This document shows, piece after piece, positions 1-7,148 of a DNA stretch of 55,879 nt (position 1 is its first letter; each line of letters opens with the position of its first letter). The notes below the pieces were generated by a model. The model saw nothing but the letters and a program-made list of their open reading frames with translations. It was not told the DNA's origin and ran no database searches. A program made the position numbers and the translations under genes. This DNA comes from an uncultured Candidatus Saccharibacteria bacterium (GTDB lineage: Bacteria > Patescibacteriota > Minisyncoccia > Phycocordibacterales > Phycocordibacteraceae): assembly GCA_964518755.1 (NCBI GenBank), contig CAZFHH010000003.1, forward strand, positions 1 through 55,879, in the 5' to 3' direction.

Positions 1-1
1 A

Positions 2-3000
2 AGCGGTGCATGGAGCGGAACAAAATCCACGCATGGTTCACAAACAATCAGCAATCTGCAAAGCTCCAGCACTTACACAATCACCTGCACAGGCTCCGGT
101 GGCTCAAAGAGCGCAAGTGTTTCGGTTTTCGTTACGGCGCCGACACAAACTCCGACACAAACATCGTCAACCATGCCAACCTCAATCGCAAACATTCCTG
201 TTGGAAAATGGATAGCGGTTAAAACGCCGGAGCGATATAAGGGTGTCAATTATGGTGGCAACACTTATTATGGAATGAAGCACGTCAGTATCGCCACTGA
301 CCCGCTAAACAGAAGATTCTATTTTGAGGGAGGGGATTATATGGGTGGAAGAGGTTTTAAACAATCGTACCAGCAGGAAACCTGGTCACTTAATCTTGCA
401 GAACGTCTTGCTGATCCAACAAATCGTAATGCCGGTTGGAGATTGGAATATCCATATTGCGGACCAGCCGGTCAAATTCAGCCCAAGCATCCCGACACCG
501 TCGGATGGGTGTGGGATTCAAAGCGAAGCCTGTTTTGGATAGTTCCGGGTGTTAGTGTAAAAAGTCCGGATTTATGCACGGGAGAAACTTACACGGGGAA
601 TAATGACCCGGCAACATCAAATCACGGCGGATTTACATTCAGTCATTTGATGACGTTTAGTCCGATAACTAAAAAATGGACCAACCGCTCAAGTAATACT
701 CAAGGTCCTCATGGCAACAACTGGAAATCTGTTTATGATTCCAAAACTGATACTATCGTTCGCTTTGGTTTGAGGGGCGGTGCGATTGCGCAAGTATACA
801 ACATATCAACAAATACATGGGCTGATTATTCATTGGGGGCGGGTCCCGGGGGTAGCACCATATATATCAGCAATTCCTTCATGGCAGCCGATATTGCCGG
901 AAGGGCAATTTATGTGATAGACCCATTCCATGGAAGATTGTTCCGCTATAATATGGATTCACACACCATCACATATCTTGGAATGGTGCCGGGTGGCGCA
1001 CGTGGCTCATCTGGATTTTATGAAACATATCTTGCGTGGGATTCTGTGAATCATGTTTTGTATTGGTTTGACCACATTGGTTCCGCACGTAATCTTTTCT
1101 ACGTTTATCACCCGTCAACCAAGCAATGGAAGTCAATTTCAACACAAACAAACATCAGTGGAATAAATGCCGTCGGGCGAGATGTTGTTTTTGATGCGCG
1201 TGACAATGTATTGGTTTTGATGGGTGGAGTAGAGCCGGCACCACCGCCATACTTCTACATATATCGTTATGGAAACGGTTCCGGCACTTCTTACACGCCT
1301 GTTCCTACTCCTACCCCAACTTCAACACCTGCGCCCACGCCGGCACAAGCCACAACCACAACCACAACCAACACTCCTACACAAAACACAACACCGACAT
1401 CCTCAACTCTGATTTCAAATCTATCGTCCCATTTTAAAGAAGGCACAGTGATAAACGGAGGGAAATTATACACAGACCGCTTATATGCTTTCATATCAAC
1501 CCCGGCGAGCATAAGTTCCGGTTTGCTAATCCGTACACCAAATAATGACAAGTTTGTTACGGGAGCCGACTACCTCACTTTCACGCTAAACAAAAACGCC
1601 ACCGTTTTTGTCGCTTTTGACAGAAGCATTACAACTAAACCGGAATGGCTCGATGTCTTTGCCGATACCGGTACAGCCGTCGCAACCAACAACGGCCCTT
1701 ATGAGCTCTATCAAAAAAATCTTACACAAGGAAGTGTTATAAATCTGGGCGGTAACGGTATGCCACCATCAAGTGCTGGAGGTAGCAGTTCTAATTATTT
1801 TGCAGTCATTGTACAAAGAGCCACTTCTTCCGGACAGGGTACTACAAATACATCGGCACCTACGCAAACGCCGGCACCAACTCTCACACTCTCTACCTCA
1901 CACACATCAATCACCTCCGGTGGTTCAACAACTCTTTCGTGGAGCTCCACCAATGCCACCGCTTGCACGGCAAGCGGTGCGTGGAGCGGAAGCAAATCCA
2001 CACACGGTTCGCAGACAATCAGCAATCTGCAAACTGCGGGCGCCTATACTCTTAATTGCTCCGGCACGGGAGGAAACGTCTCACGAAGTGTGAGTATTAG
2101 TGTGAGCGCCACAACACCTTCTAATAATCCGGCAACAAATTCCGAAGGAAACACCACCGCCACATCAACATCCGGATCCGGAACATCAGCTTCAGCCCCA
2201 TCTCAAACGTCAACGCAGGCACACTCAAGTGGTGGTAATGTCACGAGCTCCGGTGGCGGCGGCGGTGGCGGCGGAGGATATATCCCGGCATCAGGTGGTG
2301 GCGGTGGTATGTTCATTTCGCCAACAAACGAAGAGAACCACAATAGACCGACAACCGGACAATCACCGGGCGGACAACCATCAAGTGCCACTCAACCGGC
2401 AGAGCATCCACAGCAAACATATCTTGCCACTTTGGCAAAAAGCATGAGAGGCAAGTTCATTATCGGCGCCACCTCCAACAACGTAAAGACTCTCCAAACC
2501 CTTCTCGCCTCAAACAAGGCAATCTATCCGGAGGCAAGAGAAACCGGATACTATGGACCACTCACCATAAGAGCGGTGCAGAGATTCCAGAGAAAGTACG
2601 GTATTGTCTCGCGAGGAACACCCCGCACAACAGGCTATGGATTTGTGGGCCCTCGCACACGAGCAAAGATACAAGAGGTGTTTGGCAATCAAGAAGCACA
2701 GTCACAGCAACAACAAGCGCAAGCACAGACAACCAACCAAACATCAACCACTCCAACGGCAACAACCGAAACCCCACACGTCAATACATATCTTGCCACT
2801 TTGGCAAAAAGCATAAGAGGCAAGTTCATCATCGGTGCAACCTCTAACAACGTAAAGACTCTCCAAACACTTCTCGCCTCAAACAAGGCAATCTATCCGG
2901 AGGCAAGAGAAACCGGATACTATGGACCACTCACCATAAGAGCGGTGCAGAGATTCCAGAGAAAGTACGGTATTGTCTCGCGAGGAACACCCCGCACAAC

Positions 3001-3235
3001 AGGCTATGGATTTGTGGGCCCTCGCACACGAGCAAAGATACAAGAGGTGTTCGGTGGCTCAAGTACCGTGCCGGCGATTGCAAACACAAATACAGCGACC
3101 GGTACGGCGACACATCAAACCATGACAGCCCAAGAGCGCACGGCGCGCATCGCACAGATACAAAAAGAAATCAACTCACTGCTCAAACTTGTTCAGCAGC
3201 TCACACTTCAATTGAAGATTCAGATTAGTGGATAG
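2..3235 (+). CDS. Large secreted/cell-surface protein, 5' end outside the window. Modules: Ig-like repeat, Kelch-like beta-propeller, T/P-rich linkers, beta-sandwich module, 2x peptidoglycan-binding modules, C-terminal coiled coil.
   Basis: ORF track gives 173..3235, but the same frame stays open with no stop back to nt 2. Nt 2-100 encode SGAWSGTKSTHGSQTISNLQ, a second copy of the ASGAWSGSKSTHGSQTISNLQ module at 1974-2050. Two GKFIIGATSNNVKTLQTLL..GYYGPLTIRAVQRFQRKYGI modules fit the PG_binding_1 pattern. Confidence 0.85.
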   Translation, partial: SGAWSGTKSTHGSQTISNLQSSSTYTITCTGSGGSKSASVSVFVTAPTQTPTQTSSTMPTSIANIPVGKWIAVKTPERYKGVNYGGNTYYGMKHVSIATDPLNRRFYFEGGDYMGGRGFKQSYQQETWSLNLAERLADPTNRNAGWRLEYPYCGPAGQIQPKHPDTVGWVWDSKRSLFWIVPGVSVKSPDLCTGETYTGNNDPATSNHGGFTFSHLMTFSPITKKWTNRSSNTQGPHGNNWKSVYDSKTDTIVRFGLRGGAIAQVYNISTNTWADYSLGAGPGGSTIYISNSFMAADIAGRAIYVIDPFHGRLFRYNMDSHTITYLGMVPGGARGSSGFYETYLAWDSVNHVLYWFDHIGSARNLFYVYHPSTKQWKSISTQTNISGINAVGRDVVFDARDNVLVLMGGVEPAPPPYFYIYRYGNGSGTSYTPVPTPTPTSTPAPTPAQATTTTTTNTPTQNTTPTSSTLISNLSSHFKEGTVINGGKLYTDRLYAFISTPASISSGLLIRTPNNDKFVTGADYLTFTLNKNATVFVAFDRSITTKPEWLDVFADTGTAVATNNGPYELYQKNLTQGSVINLGGNGMPPSSAGGSSSNYFAVIVQRATSSGQGTTNTSAPTQTPAPTLTLSTSHTSITSGGSTTLSWSSTNATACTASGAWSGSKSTHGSQTISNLQTAGAYTLNCSGTGGNVSRSVSISVSATTPSNNPATNSEGNTTATSTSGSGTSASAPSQTSTQAHSSGGNVTSSGGGGGGGGGYIPASGGGGGMFISPTNEENHNRPTTGQSPGGQPSSATQPAEHPQQTYLATLAKSMRGKFIIGATSNNVKTLQTLLASNKAIYPEARETGYYGPLTIRAVQRFQRKYGIVSRGTPRTTGYGFVGPRTRAKIQEVFGNQEAQSQQQQAQAQTTNQTSTTPTATTETPHVNTYLATLAKSIRGKFIIGATSNNVKTLQTLLASNKAIYPEARETGYYGPLTIRAVQRFQRKYGIVSRGTPRTTGYGFVGPRTRAKIQEVFGGSSTVPAIANTNTATGTATHQTMTAQERTARIAQIQKEINSLLKLVQQLTLQLKIQISG
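2417..3051 (+). repeat. Tandem duplication of the PG-binding module: 266-bp copies at 2417..2682 and 2786..3051, period 369 bp
   Basis: Direct comparison: the last 182 bp of each copy (2501..2682 vs 2870..3051) are identical. About seven substitutions fall in the first 84 bp. Confidence 0.95.
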
Positions 3236-3331
3236 AAGGAGATAGAATGTGTGTGTGAAAGTGGTGGTGTACAACAAAAACGCAGAGCTATTTTATGTGG
3301 CTCGTTCGGGCAAAGTTATCCACAGACTCCG

Positions 3332-3362
3332 TGCCTCGTTAAGGTGGGGCCTTAACGAGGCA
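3332..3362 (+). terminator. Hairpin, 13-bp stem (TGCCTCGTTAAGG/CCTTAACGAGGCA)
   Basis: Perfect inverted repeat about 100 nt after the surface-protein stop codon. Confidence 0.4.
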
Positions 3363-3373
3363 TGCGCTAAGAT

Positions 3374-3401
3374 GTTAATGGGGTCAGGAGCCATTTATTT
3401 T
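3374..3401 (+). repeat. Dispersed 27-nt repeat, copy A (GTTAATGGGGTCAGGAGCCATTTATTT)
   Basis: Identical 27-mer in reverse orientation at 54325..54351. Near-identical copies at 35109..35132 and 54696..54721. Confidence 0.9.
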
Positions 3402-3414
3402 AGGCGGTGTGTGT

Positions 3415-3451
3415 TTGCCCGGCACAGGTGTATACCACCTGTGCCGGGCAA
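3415..3451 (+). terminator. Rho-independent-type terminator, 16-bp stem followed by a T-rich tract
   Basis: TTGCCCGGCACAGGTG-tatac-CACCTGTGCCGGGCAA followed by gtaagttttt. Confidence 0.6.
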
Positions 3452-3506
3452 GTAAGTTTTTGGGCGCGGGTATATTTTTAGGAGTAAAAATGCTATAAAA
3501 TCTTAC

Positions 3507-4493
3507 ATGGACTCTTTTTGGAATACACTACCGCGCCCATTTTTTGTATTGGCACCCATGAAGGATGTTACTGATGTTGCGTTTCGGAGATTGGTTATGC
3601 ACTTTGGGAAACCGGATGTATTTTTTACAGAGTTTGTATCAGCTGACGGACTTTTCCATTTACGTGAAGTGGATAAGGTGCCGGATGAGGAAAATCCGCT
3701 TATGCGAGATCTTATATATATGAAAGACGAGCAACCAATCGTGGCACAATTGTTCGGAAGCAACCCGGATGCGATGCGTTACGCGTCGGGGGTCATGGCA
3801 CACCTTGGTTTTGCAGGTATAGATATTAATATGGGATGCCCGGACAGGTCTGTTGAAAAACAGGGCGCCGGCGCTGCACTTATAAAAACCCCAACACAAG
3901 CGAGCAAGCTTATCGTTGCGGCAAGGGATGGTGTGGCGCACGCGGGGAGTGAAATACCCGTCTCAATAAAAACGCGTATCGGTTACGATAAAGAAATTAT
4001 TGATGAGTGGATTCCGGCACTTCTGGCTTCTGCACCCGCGGCGATTACCGTTCATTTGCGCACAAGAAAAGAGATGTCAAATGTGTCTGCGCATTGGGAA
4101 TATATGGAGAGGATTGTTCGGCTTCGTGATGTGTCTGGAGTCGACACTTTGATGATTGGAAATGGAGATGTGCATACGCTCGAAGACGCAAAAGATAAAG
4201 CACTGCAGTCACACGCAGACGGTATTATGATTGGGCGTGCCATTTTTGGAAATCCGTGGTTTTTTGCCGGGCGAGCGTTTGATGATATTTCCGCAAAAGA
4301 ACGCATCGCGGCACTCGTGATGCTTGCGCGATTTTTTGATGAGTTGCCATCTCCCAAACCATTCCATATTTTTAAGAAGCATATTAAGGCATTTGTAAGT
4401 GGATTTCCACGAGCTACGGAATTTCGCGCGGAGCTTATGAATACACGTTGTGTTGATGAGCTTATTGCCACATTGCACAAGCGGAATTGGTGA
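3507..4493 (+). CDS. dus: tRNA-dihydrouridine synthase
   Basis: 328 aa. FFVLAPMKDVTDVAFRRL, GIDINMGCP and IKTRIG match the Dus-family TIM-barrel signature. Confidence 0.85.
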   Translation: MDSFWNTLPRPFFVLAPMKDVTDVAFRRLVMHFGKPDVFFTEFVSADGLFHLREVDKVPDEENPLMRDLIYMKDEQPIVAQLFGSNPDAMRYASGVMAHLGFAGIDINMGCPDRSVEKQGAGAALIKTPTQASKLIVAARDGVAHAGSEIPVSIKTRIGYDKEIIDEWIPALLASAPAAITVHLRTRKEMSNVSAHWEYMERIVRLRDVSGVDTLMIGNGDVHTLEDAKDKALQSHADGIMIGRAIFGNPWFFAGRAFDDISAKERIAALVMLARFFDELPSPKPFHIFKKHIKAFVSGFPRATEFRAELMNTRCVDELIATLHKRNW

Positions 4494-4508
4494 TATTGAT
4501 GGCTGTGG

Positions 4509-4551
4509 TTGCCCGGGGGATTGCCCTCGCCAAGGGCAATCCCCCGGGCAA
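4509..4551 (+). terminator. Terminator hairpin, 19-bp perfect stem
   Basis: TTGCCCGGGGGATTGCCCT-cgcca-AGGGCAATCCCCCGGGCAA, 16 nt after the dus stop. Confidence 0.7.
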
Positions 4552-4621
4552 GACATCTTGGAAAATCGGGAACGGGTTTTTGTGTGATGCACCCGTGACG
4601 ATATCATGATATATTTTCACT

Positions 4622-5659
4622 ATGGCACAATATGCACTTTATCGTACGTATCGCCCGAGTACTTTTTCCGATGTTGAAGGACAATCACACGTCATAGAGC
4701 CGTTGGTAGCACAAATACAAACGAAAAAACAAGGACATGCGTATTTGTTTGCCGGCTCGCGCGGGCTTGGGAAAACCAGCGTTGCGCGTATTTTTGCGCG
4801 AGAGGTCGGCTGCCGAGATAATGATTTGTATGAAATTGACGCAGCTTCAAACAACAGTGTTGACGATATCCGCGCGCTTACTGAAAATGTATATACGCTA
4901 CCTTTCACTTCTCCATATAAGGTGTACATACTTGATGAGGTACATATGCTTTCAAAAGCCGCTTGGAATGCTTTTCTTAAAACACTGGAAGAACCGCCGG
5001 CGCATGCTATTTTTATTCTTGCCACCACCGAGCTTGCAAAAGTTCCCGAAACTGTGCAGTCACGATGCCAGGTGTTTGAGTTCAAGAAGCCGTCTCGTGA
5101 GGTACTCTCGCGCGTGGTAACGCAAGTCGCACACAAAGAAGGGTATACCACCACCGGCGATGCCACGGATCTCATTGCTTTGCTGGCTGAGGGTTCGTAC
5201 AGGGACGCGCTTTCCATATTACAGCGTGTACTTACGGGTGTTTCCGGAGATACACTTTCGCGAGAAAATGTGGAAATAATAACGGGTGCTCCCAAAAGTT
5301 CGTTAATATATGATTTGGTCTCCGCACTCTCGCACGGTTCAGCTGAGCAATCATATATTGCAATCAATACCGCGCAGAAAAATAGTACGGACATGAAACT
5401 TTTTCTTACTCTCTTTTTGGAAGCGTTGCGCGCGACACTGCTTTTACGTTATGCTCCCGGGTTGCGGGGGCGATTGCAAGAGGAACTTGGAGAAGATGCC
5501 TATGTGACGCTTCTTGCATATGCAAACGAGAAGAATCCGGGAATTACTCACAAAACGTTGCTTGCGTTTCTCACTGCCATGCAACGTATGCGATTTACTC
5601 CAATTCCGACACTACCGCTTGAACTCGCGGTGTTGGAGGCAATGGGAGCCGGTGAATAA
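4622..5659 (+). CDS. dnaX: DNA polymerase III subunit gamma/tau (short form)
   Basis: YRPSTFSDVEGQ, P-loop GSRGLGKTS, LDEVHMLS, FNAFLKTLEEPP, SRCQVFEF. Confidence 0.85.
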   Translation: MAQYALYRTYRPSTFSDVEGQSHVIEPLVAQIQTKKQGHAYLFAGSRGLGKTSVARIFAREVGCRDNDLYEIDAASNNSVDDIRALTENVYTLPFTSPYKVYILDEVHMLSKAAWNAFLKTLEEPPAHAIFILATTELAKVPETVQSRCQVFEFKKPSREVLSRVVTQVAHKEGYTTTGDATDLIALLAEGSYRDALSILQRVLTGVSGDTLSRENVEIITGAPKSSLIYDLVSALSHGSAEQSYIAINTAQKNSTDMKLFLTLFLEALRATLLLRYAPGLRGRLQEELGEDAYVTLLAYANEKNPGITHKTLLAFLTAMQRMRFTPIPTLPLELAVLEAMGAGE

Positions 5660-5666
5660 CTTTTGC

Positions 5667-6320
5667 ATGGCAGTGAAGCATATATATTTTGTGCGACATG
5701 GTCAGACGAATGGCAATCGTTCGTGGAGACATCAGTCACTTTCAACTCCACTTAATGAGCGCGGGCTGGAGCAGGCACGCAATGTTGCTTCAATACTGCA
5801 AAAAGTTCCGGTGGATGCTCTTGTTTCAAGCGATGCGATGCGCGCGCTTGAAACGGCGCACGTGATACAAGATGTCGTTGGAGTTTCTGTTTTGCAAAAT
5901 GAATTGTTTCGTGAAGTGCATAGGCCGAAATATATTTCAGGTGCGCGTTTTTGGAGTATCCGCTCAATTTTATACGCGATGCGTTTATATATGTTAAGTA
6001 GCGCATCCACATGGCCGTACAGAGATGGTGAGAACATGAAAGCAGTGCAAGCGCGCGCGAAGCGCGCGCTTGCACTGCTTGTGAATGTCAGCGGAGAACA
6101 CGTTGTGGTTGTCTCTCACCGCTTGTTCATAAGTGCCATGCTTGCAGAGATTTTGGGAAAGGATGTGACAAAAGCATTCTCACATTTTTGGACTGTGCGC
6201 AGTTTGAAAATCATCAAGAACGGAAGTATCACTGAGCTCATATATGATGCGCACGCAAAAACTCCGTGGACAATTCTTCGTGGAAATGATATCTCGCCAA
6301 AGACACGTGCGGTGGCATAG
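5667..6320 (+). CDS. Histidine phosphatase family protein (phosphoglycerate-mutase-like)
   Basis: MAVKHIYFVRHGQTNGN (RHG motif) and VVVVSHRLFI. Start moved to the ATG at 5667 because the ORF-track 5' extension overlaps the dnaX end. Confidence 0.75.
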   Translation: MAVKHIYFVRHGQTNGNRSWRHQSLSTPLNERGLEQARNVASILQKVPVDALVSSDAMRALETAHVIQDVVGVSVLQNELFREVHRPKYISGARFWSIRSILYAMRLYMLSSASTWPYRDGENMKAVQARAKRALALLVNVSGEHVVVVSHRLFISAMLAEILGKDVTKAFSHFWTVRSLKIIKNGSITELIYDAHAKTPWTILRGNDISPKTRAVA

Positions 6321-6350
6321 TGCGCGTTTTTTTGGTATGGTGTAATTTAT

Positions 6351-6421
6351 TGGGGGATCGTCTAATGGTAGGACGACGGGTTTTGGTCCCGTTAATCTAG
6401 GTTCGAATCCTAGTCCCCCAG
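6351..6421 (+). tRNA. tRNA-Gln (anticodon UUG)
   Basis: Cloverleaf by eye: acceptor TGGGGGA/TCCCCCA, anticodon stem ACGGG/CCCGT with loop TTTTGGT, T-arm CTAGG-TTCGAAT-CCTAG. CCA is not encoded. Confidence 0.9.
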
Positions 6422-6510
6422 CATCTATTTTTACCGCGTCAACTTATACACAATAAAAAAGAAATGGCAGAATAAGTATTGGCTCGTATGATATCCTAAG
6501 TTAAGGTAGC

Positions 6511-6741
6511 GTGCGTTTATTCATTTATATTATTTCCATGTATATTGAAGCCATTATATTTTATTTGCTTGTTATTGATAGTGTGAGTATTAACATAATC
6601 GCATTATTCGGTGAGCGGTGGTATCTGAAACACTTTAGAATATTCTCACGCTGGTTTCCGCCTGCGGAAGGGTGGGCATTGTATTATTTGATACTGGTAC
6701 TTTGGGTAGGAACATTATTGCTTCGTTTGCATATTATCTGA
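6511..6741 (+). CDS. Small hydrophobic protein (2 predicted TM helices), function unknown
   Basis: 76-aa ORF with a GTG start. It is followed by a 21-bp-stem hairpin at 6786..6829. Confidence 0.45.
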   Translation: MRLFIYIISMYIEAIIFYLLVIDSVSINIIALFGERWYLKHFRIFSRWFPPAEGWALYYLILVLWVGTLLLRLHII

Positions 6742-6785
6742 TAATTAATATGATGTAAGCAGTGTGTGCTTTCAGCGGCGCGTTG

Positions 6786-6829
6786 TTTATCCCGGGCTTT
6801 TGCAAGTCCTTGCAAAAGCCCGGGATAAA
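6786..6829 (+). terminator. Terminator hairpin, 21-nt arms
   Basis: TTTATCCCGGGCTTTTGCAAG / CTTGCAAAAGCCCGGGATAAA perfect inverted repeat. Confidence 0.7.
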
Positions 6830-6833
6830 TTAT

Positions 6834-6862
6834 TTGCATATACACGTTTTTGGTGGTAATAC
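6834..6862 (+). promoter_or_regulatory. Sigma70-like promoter candidate: TTGCAT, 17-nt spacer, TAATAC, with TG at -15/-14
   Basis: Hexamers and spacing read directly. The site lies about 30 nt upstream of the SD-led small ORF at 6894. Confidence 0.4.
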
Positions 6863-6893
6863 TTTAATTGGGTATATTACAGGAGGAAGTGGT

Positions 6894-7073
6894 GTGGAAC
6901 AGGATACGGGAATTATAAGGTGTCGGTTTTGCCACTTGGAGTTTTCAGGAAATGATAAAAAAGAGAAGTGGGATGCTCTGCGCACCCATGTGTTTGGCGC
7001 CCATGTACAACAATTCAAAAAGGAAGAAGGAGAATGGGTGGCAAGGATGAAATCGCAGGGCGTTCCAAAATAA
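6894..7073 (+). CDS. Small (59 aa) putative zinc-binding protein with a CxxC...HxxxxH motif
   Basis: GTG start 7 nt after AGGAGG (6881-6886). Sequence IIRCRFCHLEFSGNDKKEKWDALRTHVFGAH. The ORF-track 5' extension runs through the upstream terminator, so I trimmed it. Confidence 0.5.
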   Translation: MEQDTGIIRCRFCHLEFSGNDKKEKWDALRTHVFGAHVQQFKKEEGEWVARMKSQGVPK

Positions 7074-7104
7074 TAAGATTTCATCTATTTCATTTCTTTC
7101 CACT

Positions 7105-7139
7105 CCACACTTTTGCAGGCAGTACCTGCAAAAGTGTGG
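7105..7139. terminator. Bidirectional terminator hairpin between convergent genes
   Basis: CCACACTTTTGCAGG-cagta-CCTGCAAAAGTGTGG, between the stops at 7073 (+) and 7149 (-). Confidence 0.7.
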
Positions 7140-7148
7140 TGTTATTGT

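Noticed and set aside
1-130. The window start closely resembles 1974..2100. I considered a DGR template/variable repeat pair.
   Set aside because: - The mismatches are not adenine-specific (A/G, G/A, T/C and CA/GC all occur).
- Both copies are in-frame coding modules of the same protein.
- No reverse transcriptase is present.
- This is an ordinary intragenic domain repeat.
3249-3455. ORF 3249..3455 (+), 68 aa, after the surface-protein gene
   Set aside because: It is made up almost entirely of two terminator hairpins and a copy of the 27-nt dispersed repeat. It has no start context.
4639-5394. Long antisense ORFs opposite well-supported genes: 4639..5394, 8413..9060, 22876..23361, 23950..24435, 28803..29390, 45916..46644, 46571..47110, 50207..50629
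   Set aside because: - These are shadow ORFs on the strand opposite motif-verified genes (dnaX, rnr, lepA, the P-type ATPase, ftsZ, ftsA, pth).
- Their sequences are low-complexity and Ser/Arg/Cys-rich.
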